Assembly: GCA_965113315.1 (NCBI GenBank)
Contig: OZ220363.1
Source of the DNA: Podarcis vaucheri
Lineage: Eukaryota
Length of the DNA: 64,000 nucleotides
Strand: one strand, 5' to 3'
Below the pieces are notes generated by a model, which ran no database searches, was not told the origin of the DNA, and saw only the letters and a program-made list of their open reading frames with translations. Shown piece after piece: positions 1 to 24,599 of this stretch; positions within the stretch are counted from its first letter, which is position 1, and each line of letters opens with the position of its first letter. A program made the translations under genes and the position numbers.

Positions 1-2810
1 CACATTAATTTTAGCAGGCCAGAAGGAAAACAACTGAGAGCACTTTCCTGGCCAATTAAGTCTCACTTGCATGTTGTGTTATTGATCTTTAAAGATGGGC
101 AGAGCAGATTGATTTGGCTCCAGGATTTTTTAATTATTTTTTTTTTACAGCCAGGAGTGTTCTTTCCTGAAGTCTTCCAGTCTGCCTGCTGTTCTCAGTT
201 ACTGTAATCCAGTGCGTCCCAAAGTCACCAAAAGGTTTTATTTTTTTTACCCCAGACACCAGATAGAGCGCATGGAGAAATAGCCTCTACTGAAATGATT
301 GCAAGGATACAATCATGCCATAGAATACAAGGCTTTTCTACATCAAGCTCCATGCACAGATGGATGAAACGTGAGATGGAACAACCATGCTGGATCCAAT
401 TTTTCTTCACATAGCATCCTTCTGGGAATGGGGCCCAATGTGAAAGGGACAGAATGCTCATACTGGATAAAGATAACTTGGTTTACATTATAAGGGAATA
501 CTCTAAAATTTTCAGGAAATTCCCAATGTGCTAGATAAATTAATTTTTGTCCTCAAGTAATTATTTCCCTTTCCCCTCTCCCCATTAATTTCCACAGGAA
601 AATAGAACCATGTTTAAAACATGACAACAAGGATGTGGGATAATATGGAACACAACACACAAGTTTGCAGCTAACCTAAACTGATTTAATCTTGTTCAAC
701 ACAAGTAGATGAATCCTTGTAGGAATGGGAGATGCACAAATCCTGTAGCACAGTCAAGTGCTCTCTGTTCATATAGATGCATATCCTGATCAAAATAGAT
801 AATGCAACTCTCGAAGATTATGTTTATACATATCCCTATTTGCTAGAGAATGTAATACCAAGGAAGAGGGAGTAAGGTGCCAAATATTACATTAGCAAGC
901 AGGAGAGCTTCCCTGCAAGACTGAAAGCTTAGTTTCATAGTAAGGAATATACATAGTTCCGAAATATATATGCTGCAGCTCTTAGGATCACCTGCCAACA
1001 CCTGAGCAACACTGTGTCCCCTGCTGCTAGTGTAAAGGACTAGCATGCCTCAACCTGTTAAGTCTTTTAGGAATAAGCATAGGGTCCAGCCCCAACTCTT
1101 GTAAGTTGCTATGGAAGACAATGCCATCAGTAATAACTGAAAAAGGGGGGGTATGGAAAGGGGAACAGAACCAATATGGTCTACTTACCCACCTGCAAAG
1201 GACCATGCCTCATCTACGGCAGTGCAAGCTACTCCTTGAGCTGTCTGTTAAGAAAACCGTAGGGTTGGAGTGGCAGTCCACCAAAATTCCATTTAGGAAA
1301 TTTTATTTGCGATGCATGGTGAAAATAGCCTTTCCTCACTACCCCCTAAAACCTTAACTATGTAGATTTTAATGGGGTGTTTTCACTTTTTCCCTCTGAG
1401 GGTAGTAACCTAGGTGACCTGAAACTTGTTTGTTTACAGCCAAAAGAAATATTAATATAGGAGCATGAATTTAAAGCTTTTACCATTTCATACCTATTGA
1501 TTCAGATGGCTACCATATTAACCTCATCCATGCAAAGTAATCCATTCATTCAGTAATTCTTCATTCAGTGGACTAAGTTACAGATGTTTCATTGGTAAAA
1601 ATAACACATGTAAAGTATCTTAGGTACTAGAAATTTGATAAGACATAAATAGTAAAGAAAAATCCCTTCCTCTCCCAACAGCCTGGAACTCGCCATAATG
1701 AAACTGACCTGCTCTTTCTTTCTTTCATTTACCTACTTTGCTATTAAGGTTTTCAAAATGGAAAGCATTGTGTGGACAGGTGTGACCCAGCACTTTATTA
1801 GAGTGATGCAGCTTATACTGATTCACACTGTGTATACATTATGTAAGAAAACTCACCCAATAAGGAATCTCTTTGCTTTGGACAATTATTAACTCTGTAT
1901 GACTTACCCTATCTACTGTCCCTTCTTTTTTCTTTCTCAATTGCCACTGATATATGGAAAGAAAAACACAAAGCTCATCTGTAACTCTGATCTGGAATGT
2001 TCTCAAGAATTAAAGTAAATAGTGTATACAGCCGTGGGTCCAATGGTATTTCCAATTCAGGAAAAATAATCAGAACTCGTGCTTTAAGATGTAGAAGTAG
2101 ATTCTCATAGCTGCTTGAAAATTGTAAATAACCGTAATGCTGCTTTAACTTAACACATTTGAGGGTAGATACACAGGATTATCTTTTTATGAGGGTGGTT
2201 TTTAATCACCATGGATGGGTCTCTCAACTTAGCCATTGTAGACAGAAGCTACACACCACCACCCAAAGCCTCTCACTGGTGGTTAGTGTTATGCAAGGTA
2301 GCTTTGCCTCAGCTACTGTGGGCCCCTGTTCTGACCAGGTCACTTGCTCCCAGTTTTCTGTTCCTCAGGCATTCTTCCAAGACGTTTATGGCAAGAGAAT
2401 AGAATGTTAATGTAAAACTCAAAACCCATAATTGGCATTATTCCCTCCATGTGTTGATTTAATTTTGCTTTATAAGTTGCAACCTCACAAATACCAAAAG
2501 GGTAATGTAGGCAACAAAAACGTTTGACAAAACTTAACCTGGACCTTATGCTGTAATCTTTTATTTTAACTGTATCTTGTATTTATATTTTCAGTATTTA
2601 TGATGAATGACATGTAATTTGATGTATTTATTGTGGCTTATTTCTGCAATGTATATATTACAAAATAAGCATTTATAAGTCTTAAAATTAGGTTATTTTT
2701 TTTCTTAGTGGCACTCGTATTATGCTGTATTTTTACTATATATTGTACAATATATATTTATTGTCTATTTGTTTGCAACAAAGTAAATCAGGTTTCTACG
2801 TTACATCTAT
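1..2810 (+). other. Probable distal 3'UTR of the upstream gene (CSRNP3 by synteny)
   Basis: No recognisable TE and no coding exon; AU-rich terminal stretch with TGTA motifs; variant polyA signal AGTAAA at 2782-2787 followed by U-rich sequence. The vertebrate order CSRNP3(+)-GALNT3(-)-TTC21B(-)-SCN1A(-) is established. The gene identity is inferred, not seen. Confidence 0.45.
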
Positions 2811-3284
2811 TACTGCCTCTTTTGTACTGGGGAAGGGGTATCTTAATCGTTTAAAGTTTAATACTGTTTTTATTTCTTTTCATAGTACAGAAGATAAATT
2901 TTTGAGAAAACAATTATTACAACAGTAAACAACAAATAACCTGTCCTGATAAAATTACAAACTATTCATGCGTTCATTCTTCTCTACCTGGGAGTTACTA
3001 CTTTGGAAATCTGCAAACCTAATGAGGACTTATCCAGATGCACCCATTCAAAAGGCCACATAGCACTTTTATCCTGAGTGGTACAAACCCAGCATTAGGG
3101 GTAGGCCAACCTGTCTTGTATAGTCTACCATCCTGGAATCACTATGGCCTACTGATACATTTTAAAATTTCCAAAGCAAGAGTATATTATTCAAGATCTC
3201 TTAACTGTAGAGCTTAAGTATCCATGACAGGGAATTCTGAAAACAAGCAAAGTGTCTTTCCTGGATCAGATCAAGTCCAAAATA

Positions 3285-3709
3285 CTTTATTTCTCGCTCC
3301 ATAAGACACACTTTTTTCCTCCTAAAAAGTAAGGGGAAATGTCTGTGCGTCTTATGGAGTGAATGCCTATGGCCGGCGGCCAGATCCCGCTGCAGTCGCG
3401 AGCGGAGGATCCATGGCTCCCCTTCCTTCCCGGTTCACTTTAAAGCAGCAAAGCGGGAGAGGAGCCGCTTACACAAGAGGAAGCTGCTGGGGTTCCTGTG
3501 TCGGGTCTGTCCAGGGGTGTGCTGCCTCCCCGCTCGTCGCTCCTTGAGCACACACGCTAAATAAACATACAGCTCCTGTCCCTCTCACTCTCACTCTGAT
3601 ATACCAGTAGTTTATGAAATAGTTTAGTACAACATTTGATTCAGAATATTTTTTCCCCCGTTTTCCTCCTCTAAAAACTAGGTGTGTCTTATGGTGCAAA
3701 AAAATACTT
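3285..3709. mobile_element. Tc1/mariner-type MITE, degenerate relative of the CCGTATTTTTCG-TIR family
   Basis: TA-flanked; ends ctttatttctcgctccataagacac...gtgtcttatggtgcaaaaaaatactt resemble the copies at 40895 and 44839; GC-rich interior. Confidence 0.6.
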
Positions 3710-3930
3710 TAGTTCAAATTATTTGCAAGAGTCCTAGCAATCAGCAGCCACTGGTAGGCCACAATGAACTGACTAATTTAACCTTTGTTGTATTCTACAT
3801 GACATCGGGGAAGGGCTTTGAGGTGCTAAGCATGAAAAACGTCATTCTTCCCAGCCCCGCAATTCCTACTTTTTTTCTTTCAGAAGTAAACTTTTTTTTA
3901 ATCATGGGACTTTCAATATGACTTCAATAT

Positions 3931-4183
3931 GAGAGCCAGTGTGGTGTAGTGGTTAAGAGCGGTGGCCTTGTAATCTGGTGAACCGGGTTTGATTCCCCGC
4001 TCCTCCACATGCAGCTGCTGAGTGACCTTGGGCTAGTCACACTTCTCTGAAGTCTCTCAGCCTCACTCACCTCACAGAGTGTTTGTTGTGGGGGAGGAAG
4101 GGAAAGGAGAATGTTAGCCGCTTTGGGACTCCTTCGGGTAGTGATAAAGCAAGATATCAAATTCAAACTCCTCCTCCTCTTCT
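3931..4183 (+). mobile_element. tRNA-derived SINE (Squam3-like)
   Basis: GAGAGCCAGTGTGGTGTAGTGGTTAAGAGC head with A/B boxes, GTGACCTTGGGCTAGTCAC core, (CTC/CTT)n tail. Confidence 0.75.
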
Positions 4184-5104
4184 GTCCCAGTGAAAGTTGC
4201 GTTCCCACTGGTAACCCAGCCAACTACACATTGCTGCTCCCCACCTCTTCATTCCAGTTTCCTCCACATCACTCTCTTATGCATCTTCTGCTAGTCTTCT
4301 AACAGCAGAATCAACAACAGGAGAAGCCTGCAGTTTAAACAGTGGGGGTGGAAAAACAGTACTTTTCTGGGGGCAGGTTAGCTCTTAATGTCACAGAAGT
4401 GTTGGCAAGGTCTAAGAGGAGAGCCCTATTTTCAAGGGGCTGAGAGGAGCTGTAATTTAAAAGATACGGAGATGCAAAGGACTAGGATTTGGGAGTAGGG
4501 ATAGGGCTGAGAGAGAACTGGGGCAGGTTGCTTCTATTTATCACCACCTGCCCTTGGTGAGGCTTGTTTGACAATGAGAAATCCAGCCTTTAGAGTTATC
4601 AGCCCAGCCACGTGAAATACCCTGCTAACAAGAGTTTCAGCAGGCGCCTTCTTTGCCAACATTTAAACGGCTGCTAAAAACTTCTCTGTTCTGCCAGGCA
4701 ATTAAGTGTACATCCCTGCAATGGCCTAGTGATGTTTGTTTTTAAGTTCTTTTTTATTTTAAACTGGGCTTTAACTTTTTAAGACTTTCTTGTTTGGTTT
4801 TAGGTTTTTATCTTGTTGTAAACCACTGTGATACAGCGATATATGAATATTTAAACAAACACATGTTCAAAGCGGCCAATCACTTCTTTCATGTGTAAAA
4901 CTCTGTGCCATCAGAAACGCCACCACCCTTGTCAGCGGAATTTGGTTCATGTGGGTTTACACAAAGGATTAGGAAGCCGTTTTTCTAGACGCTATTGGAA
5001 ATAATTTTGCAACAGCATCCTCTGCTGGTTAGTTTATTGAACAAGCATTTAATAAATAAGAACTTCAAAAGGTTTGTTGGTTTGCTTGTTTTAAAAAGGA
5101 GCAT

Positions 5105-5110
5105 TTATTA

Positions 5111-5157
<47 letters not shown>
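5105..5157. repeat. (TTA)n microsatellite
   Basis: Directly visible. Confidence 0.95.
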
Positions 5158-5159
<2 letters not shown>

Positions 5160-5952
5160 GCATATACTGCCCAATACCTGCAGTTCTCAAGACTATAAAA
5201 GTACAAAGTACATAATCAGTAGTCTAGATAAATCTGATATTTGATATTATCCTGTTAAATACACTCTGCAGACACGGGGAATGAATCTCCAACATTAACA
5301 TGTTCCTTTCAGGAGCTATATACCATTCACTTATTCCCTTTGGCTATTTTATAGCTACAGTCTCAATGAATTTGAAAACAGAAATAACTAAAATAAAAGA
5401 TAACATGGGATTGATAGAACTATAATAATAGAATGCTGCATTTTACAAAATATATTATTATTTGAACGAGATTACATGTATCTTACCCGGATTGATGCAA
5501 GAGAAAGACATGAACATCTGTTGCCATGCTGCTATTTATTCTGCTGTGAATGATGATCAATGGAGCTCGGTGGCTTCCTTTGGAGGAGACATACTGACAC
5601 AATCACAAAAAAGCACAAATATCTTTTTTACAAGCACTTGGATGCAAGAAAACAGCTTTGGAGAATGCAACAACTTATTTCCCATTTGCCAGAAACAGAT
5701 GGGTGGTCCTACTTTTTTGCTTCTGGATTTGGGTCTGCCTTTAATGGAGCTGCTCAGATTCCAAAGAACCTTGTGGAACCAGAGGCCTAAGAAATGAGGT
5801 AGGGCTCCAAAACGTATCAGGTTATTAAAGGAAGGGGGCACTAGAAAATCATAGCTGAATAAGTTTAAAAACAGATGAATTAGGTGAAATAAGAGAAAAA
5901 TCAGAGCATACATTTGAACATAAGGTGCTGATAGATGCTGTAGCTTCTAGAC

Positions 5953-6088
5953 CAGGCACCTCCAAACTCGGCCCTCCAGCTGCTTTGGGACTACAACTCC
6001 CATCATCCCTAGCTAATAGGACCAGTGGTCAGGGATGATGGGAATTGTAATCCCAAAACAGCTGGAGGGCCGAGTTTGGGGGTGCCTG
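5953..6088. mobile_element. Palindromic hAT-type MITE (136 bp)
   Basis: Near-perfect hairpin CAGGCACC...GGTGCCTG; exact 8-bp TSD TTCTAGAC (5945-5952 / 6089-6096). Confidence 0.85.
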
Positions 6089-6487
6089 TTCTAGACGATG
6101 TCATGCAACCAGGTTACTGCTACAGGCCAGTGCCTACGGGCCTCAGTAATTTGCAATGCATTCATTTTTCTAATGTCCAAAGGATGCTCTAGAAATTAAT
6201 CTGGATCGTCTAGATTAATTCCACATCAGACTGCCTGCTCCCTCCTGCCAGAGTGAGCAATACAAATACACAAACATGGCTACACTTTGCCTGCAGAATT
6301 GCCAAACATTTGTTCCTGGTTGGTCCCAGGGCTGTGCTGCTGCAGTTGCCAAGGTTTCTTGTGTTTCCTTTTTTAGTGGCTTTGAACATCAATACCAAGT
6401 CACTGGGGCACTCTCAGACCCAAGCAAAGAAACAGAAAGCTGAACACACACCCAAAATCCCAAAGGGTAGCTTTTGCATCAAAATAT

Positions 6488-6499
6488 TTTTATTTTATT
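6488..6499 (-). terminator. Candidate GALNT3 polyadenylation signals (tandem AATAAA)
   Basis: TTTATTTTATT on + strand = AATAAA twice on - strand, followed on - strand by a GU-rich tract (6421-6464 is AC-rich on +). A proximal AATAAA cluster also lies at ~8748-8766. Confidence 0.5.
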
Positions 6500-6657
6500 A
6501 CGTTTATGAAACAAAATTAAAGAGGTGTTCTGTACAGCATATCACGTATATCTGAAATAAATGCTTAGGAGTACAAGGAAGAATTAAGAACTCAGCCTAG
6601 AACAACTGTAGTTTAATGTATCACGTTTAAATCAGATGGAAGACCAGTACGGTGGTG

Positions 6658-6807
6658 GGGTAGAGACACAGCAGAACTGCATGCTGTGGAAAAGATAAAA
6701 ATATAACGGGTAGAGACACAGCAGAACTGCATGCTGCGGAAAAGATAAAAATATAACGGGTAGAGACACAGCAGAACTGTATGCTGCGGAAAAGATAAAA
6801 ATATAAC
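6658..6807. repeat. 50-bp tandem repeat x3
   Basis: Unit GGGTAGAGACACAGCAGAACTGCATGCTGYGGAAAAGATAAAAATATAAC; three near-identical copies with no spacers. Confidence 0.95.
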
Positions 6808-8862
6808 AAAGTGCTATGAAGTCATAATTATAGCCTCAGTTTATAGTTTTGGTTGAACGTTTGGGGCAATGCAGGCACAGAGGAAGAAAAAGTAGTAGTT
6901 AACTTCGTGACATAAACACCAAATCAACAAAGTAGAGGAAAACCACTGTATAAACAGAAAACATACTTTTACGGAAGAACAATAGTTTTGCTTCAGCCAT
7001 CTGCCACATTGCAAAACTCTGCTTATGCAAGCAGCATCTCAACAATAAGCTTTCAATAGTGTATATGCAAGGCCTCAAGTAGTTGTTTAAAACCAGAGAT
7101 ACCAAAATAAAGAAAACTGCTTTATCAGCTTCTTGAGATGGCAAGTGCTGTAACAACCTCCCCCAAGCTAACGTCCTCCAAATGTTTTGAACTACAGCCC
7201 CCCATCACCCCTGAACATTGGCCATGCTGGCTGGGGCTGACAGGAGTTGTAACCCAAAAGATCTGAAGACCAGCTTTGGCTGTATCCAGAAAGGCCCACA
7301 AGAGCACATATGCCTGGGGTGGTGATGAGCAATTTTCATTTCTGGTGGCAACCCTCTAACTCCTCCACGGGGAAGAGCTGGGGCCAACTCTGTGTGCACA
7401 TGAAACACAGCACAGGAATCTATGAATGAATAGCAAATATATGGCTGCAATGCTCAGGGGAAAAAGCTCCTCCATGGTGGCATCCGTCCCCTCTCTTTTA
7501 AATGCTAGAGGAATTATTCACAAGGAGTGAGCTTTTATTTGCAACCTCTTGGTTTAATTGCTAAGGGTGGGTCAAATGTAATTCCAATTATCTGATTCTA
7601 TCACAATGTAATGCTCTCCTCCCCAGCATGCCCTCTAAACCTGTTCCAGGGGCTCTCCCCAACCCTCTGGAGCAGATTTGTGGAGGAAGAATCTAGTTGC
7701 CTGAGTGAAAATCCATGAGCTGATGTGACATTGTACTTGAAAACCCCTCTATTTTTCTCAGCATTGTTGACCCATCACACTAAGCAGCAAAAAGTGCTGA
7801 ATACTGACTCTTAATTAAGGTGTTTCATCACAGAATGTGCAACCAGTGAGATATTTTGTTAAAATTCTTTGCATGTAGAAAGCAAATAATCCTAACTCTA
7901 AACCTAGCAGGTTCAGTTAAAAAATTACAAATTTCAGATGAAAGACACCAGTTACTTAAAATGTTTTTCAATAGTTTTGAATTAAAAGGGTCATGTTTTA
8001 AATTATGAACACATGAAAGAGGAAAATAGGAATTAGAGATATGGAAACTTGGAACCCACACATAATAGAAAAAAAATGAGAGATGCCAGAATTGTCTAAG
8101 AAGCAAGTAATGTGATATATCAGGAGAAGCAATAAACACATTTTCAACCAAAAGAGAACAATTTTGTAATCAGTTTCAGAAATCTTAAACATACAAAGCT
8201 CATCACTGATAAGCATAATGAACAACAGAACACCAAAAACAGCAGCATACAGAGACCCAACCAGTTTGCAAGGGGCTAACACCAAGAAAGTATTATTCAT
8301 TGGAGTGGTAATAGAACTTCATAGTTTCAGAAGAATTGATAAACTTCATAGATATTTCTTGCTATAAACACTGAGCCAACTAGATCAATGTGTAAACCAG
8401 GGATGGTCATTTAAGGAAAGCTGTCACAGTTTAAATTATAAAGAACACCTATAAGGCACTCTATTTTTCAGATAATATAGAAAAAAAAATCATCTCCGTA
8501 ACCTCTATCAACAAGTTTCTTCAGTTATTGACCAGAATGTGTTTGTGAATGCATGTATGTAAAACTTTTACAAACTATCCCCAAACCACTGAGAATTGTG
8601 TCTTAAAGACAGAGGTCTTACAAAAATATATATACTGGAAATATAATTTCCAGTATTTGTAAACATTTTTTTAAGAATCAAGAAACTTAAGTATTCCTTG
8701 GATTTCTTGCCAGCTAAATTGTGCATTTTAATTTTGAAGTAAAAATGCTTTATTTATTTATTTATTTTTACAGTTAAGATGACTCTGCATAATTTAAGTT
8801 AAAGCTGGATAATTTTGAAGGAGATACGGTTCCCGCTTAAAACATCTCCTAATTACCAGTAC

Positions 8863-21164
<12,302 letters not shown>

Positions 21165-21463
21165 GCCCACCCTCCACTTGTCCACGTATGCAAGTGCTTC
21201 CAATGATGCTATTCTTTATTCATAGAGGTAGTTAGATGCTTCATAAAATGGTCATATCTGCAGAAAAGTTTTTTAAGTGTTAATAAATGCTATTGTATAA
21301 ATGGACACTTTAATGCTTCATAAGGACAGATGCACCTGCTTAATTAGGTACAGAGTGAAACCTGTGCAGAGCAGGATAGCATTCTTTTCAGTACAGTACT
21401 CAAGCTGTCTTCTCGTTTCTAAACTTGCCACAACTTGTATTTGAATTTTGACCAAGGGCTACA

Positions 21464-21870
21464 AATAATAATAATAATGATAATTTATACACCGCCCACC
21501 TGGCTGTACTGTCCCAGCCACTTAGGGCGGCTTCCAGCATATATAAAAACATAGTAAAGCATTAAACCTTAAAAAGCTTCCCTAGGCTGCCTTCAGATGT
21601 TTCCTAAATGTTATATAATTACTCATCTCCTTAACATCTGATGGGAGGGTATCTACTGGGAAGGCACCACTACCAAGAAGGCTCTCTGCCTGGTTCCCTG
21701 TAGTTTCACTTCTCATAGTGTGGGAACCTCCAGAAGGCCCTCGGTACTGGATCTCAGTGTCTGGGCCGAACGAGGGAGGTGGAGATGCTCCTTCAGGTAT
21801 ACAGGGTCGAGGCTGTTTAGGGCTATAAAGGTCAGCACCAACACTTTGAATTGTGCTCCGAAACGTACTA
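21464..21870 (-). mobile_element. L2-clade LINE 3' fragment
   Basis: [16 protein letters not shown]...YLKEHL peptide, homologous to 57272-58001, with (TAT)n tail. Confidence 0.8.
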
Positions 21871-23862
21871 AGACCCATATACTTGACAAATAATACAAAA
21901 TGTATTATTCCGCACTGTATATATTCTAATCACAGATACTGATGGTACACTAAGGCAACTAACTTCAGTCAGATGAAGTGAATTGACATTGATGGTATAC
22001 CACTGGCTGAGCGAAGGTCTCATTAGTCATAAACATGCATCTTGATGCTAACCTAAATGCAGAAATGCCACGTGCCATTTTCCTTTCAAGCAAAAGTCAT
22101 CAGGGAAAAAATGGGTTTGTGCACAGAACTTTAAAATTAAGCTTCAAGAAGCACTCTCTTCCAAGTCATAAACTCCTAATTAAGCTCCAAAACACCGCAT
22201 TTCAACAGTAAGATTTTGAATATATATATTTTTTTAAAAATCACTTCAGCTGAAATATTAAAGCTCTAAAGCTCCAATCCTAAAATGCTTACTATACAGG
22301 AAGTTCTATTGGATTCAATGGGATTTACTTCCTTAGGATCAATGGTGTGCGTTCAATTTTGGTTTTAGGGATAATTTTTAGGCACTTGCATTGTAGTCTG
22401 GCAGACAAAAAAAATAATCCATGTAGTTGGGAACCAACATCAAATTTTCTTGAGCCTGGGATTCCCACCCTTATAACTACAGAAAATGACAAATTAATTA
22501 TACATCTTTACATATGTGATACTACTGCTAATCCATGGGTTAGGCAGTTAGTACTCATTTGACATTCTAAAGATCACCACCTCCTTGTAAAGCTAAATGT
22601 ATCAGCTAGCTAAAATGTGGTGTAGCCTGTGAGTCATGGGAAAGCCAACTACAACTACACACACCTCCCTTCTTTATGTCAACATCTTCTGTTGACCTTC
22701 CACATCACCAGCAGCAGCAGTTCCTGGAAGGATAAGGAAGATCAGAGCCGCCTATTCACACTCTTTTTTACAATGCACACCATTCTGTTCTGAGGTTGGG
22801 CAGAGCTTTAGAAAAAGCTTTTGAACCTTTAATATCTTGTGTCTCTCCTGCACAATTTCAGCAAGTTACACACACCCAAAATCCCACCCATTCAATACAC
22901 TGAACAACACATATTACACAACAATTAAAATTGTACAGGAAGATGCTCACATCTTCCTCCACCTCTGGCCACCCTAATCCCCATGGGGGCACCGTTGCAA
23001 GAAACACAAAGTACTGTGGCGCTCCCAAATGTTATAGCTGAATTCAGTCAGGCCTGGTCCAAGAACCCTGCAGGATTAGACCAAAAGCTGATCTAGTCCA
23101 GAATCTTGTTTTTTCACAGTAGCCAGCCTGGTGCCCAAGGGAAGCCCACAAGCAGGACATGAGTTCAGCTGCCCTCTCCCACAGCTATTTCCTAACAACT
23201 GACATTGGGGTGAGGGCAGTCTCCTGAAATCTCATATCCCAAAACTTTGCAGAGAAAGATCCAAGAACAAGAGGTTCTGCCTGCCAGCTGCATAGCAACA
23301 GTTCAGACAATGCAACACAGCCAGGCCATTGGCCTGACTTCCTAGGGTCCTATGATAAACCTTACACACCAGAGCCCACCTAACCCTAAGCATACTTACT
23401 CTGAAGCAAATCCCACTGGGCTCAACCAAACTTACCCCCTGCGGTTTAAAACTGGAGCCTTACTATTTTATGTAGGCACTTTTCAAAGCACTTCATATGC
23501 CTAATCTCGGCACACCTTAAAACACCCTTGGCAAGGGTATCCCAGGATCATCCCACATTGGGGATCCTTCCTAGGACAGGGCTGCCAACTTGAATAAAAT
23601 ATTGGGGGTGGGGCAGGCAAGCACCGCCATGCATAACTGATCACATGACGCAACACCCAGACACCAGTTGAATGGCAATGCCCATCCACTTGGGCAGGGG
23701 GCAGCCTCCTCAAATACTGCATTTGGGAGGGGTGGGGGAGCAAAGGGACCTTGGCCCCTAGGTGTTGGCCCCTGCAGCTTAGGACCAGGCATGAGTTCGA
23801 AACATACCCGTTCACGCAGTTATATGTGCCCACAGGGCATCATTGCCCAGGGGCTCTCTCTC

Positions 23863-24012
23863 CATAGCTGTCAACTTTCAGATTTGAAAATAAGGGATCA
23901 GCAGCCTCGAAAATAAGGGATCAGCAGCCTCACCTTTCCCGGGGACAGTCTACAGGATATCTAACAATCCGGGATAGCAGCTGGAAGCAGCGGGAAACGA
24001 CGCTGGAATAAT
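23863..24012. mobile_element. Left end of a CATAGCTGTCAAC-TIR (hAT) element with an internal 23-bp tandem duplication
   Basis: Same TIR as 62948-63037; GAAAATAAGGGATCAGCAGCCTC x2; cut off by the Sauria SINE. Confidence 0.5.
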
Positions 24013-24344
24013 GGTAAAAGGTAAACGGACCCCTCGTGACCGACTCTGGGGTTGCGGCACTCATCTTGCTTTCTTCGCTGTGGTGTACAGCTTCCGGGTC
24101 ACGTGGCCAGCATGACTATGTCGCTTCTGATGAAGCAGAGCAGCGCACGGAAATGCCATTTACCTTCCCGCCGGAGCGGTACCTATTTATCTGCTTGCAC
24201 TTTAATGTGCTTTCGAACTGCTAGGTTGGCAGGAGCTGGGACCAAGCAACGGGAGCTCACCCCGTTGCGGGGATTCGAACCGCCGACCTTCTGACTGGCA
24301 AGTCCTAGGCTCTGTGGTTTAACCCACAGTGCCACCCGCGTCCC
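24013..24344 (-). mobile_element. Sauria SINE (CpG-rich, young-looking)
   Basis: GGGACGCGGGTGGCACTGTGGGTTAAACC head, B box GGTTCGAATCCC, ACCTTT tail. Confidence 0.85.
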
Positions 24345-24406
24345 TACATATACACATACATACCCATACATATACCCATACATATACACATACAGTTCAG
24401 GGGTCA

Positions 24407-24542
24407 NNNNNNNNNNNNNNNNNNNNNNNNNNNNNNNNNNNNNNNNNNNNNNNNNNNNNNNNNNNNNNNNNNNNNNNNNNNNNNNNNNNNNNNNNNNNNN
24501 NNNNNNNNNNNNNNNNNNNNNNNNNNNNNNNNNNNNNNNNNN
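24407..24542. other. Assembly gap (136 N)
   Basis: N run directly visible. Confidence 1.
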
Positions 24543-24599
24543 ACTACATAGCTGTATCTGATCTATACTGTACCTATAAAATCTCCCCAGAGGACTAGT

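Noticed and set aside
5462-5913. Overlapping 76-118-aa ORFs in the intergenic region
   Set aside because: No recognisable homology or consistent splice structure; compatible with chance
6658-6807. CRISPR-like array
   Set aside because: Head-to-tail tandem repeat with no unique spacers, in vertebrate DNA
21165-21203. N-terminal extension [13 protein letters not shown] of GALNT3
   Set aside because: The ORF track starts at TTG; the first in-frame ATGs are at 21164/21161 and give the expected length
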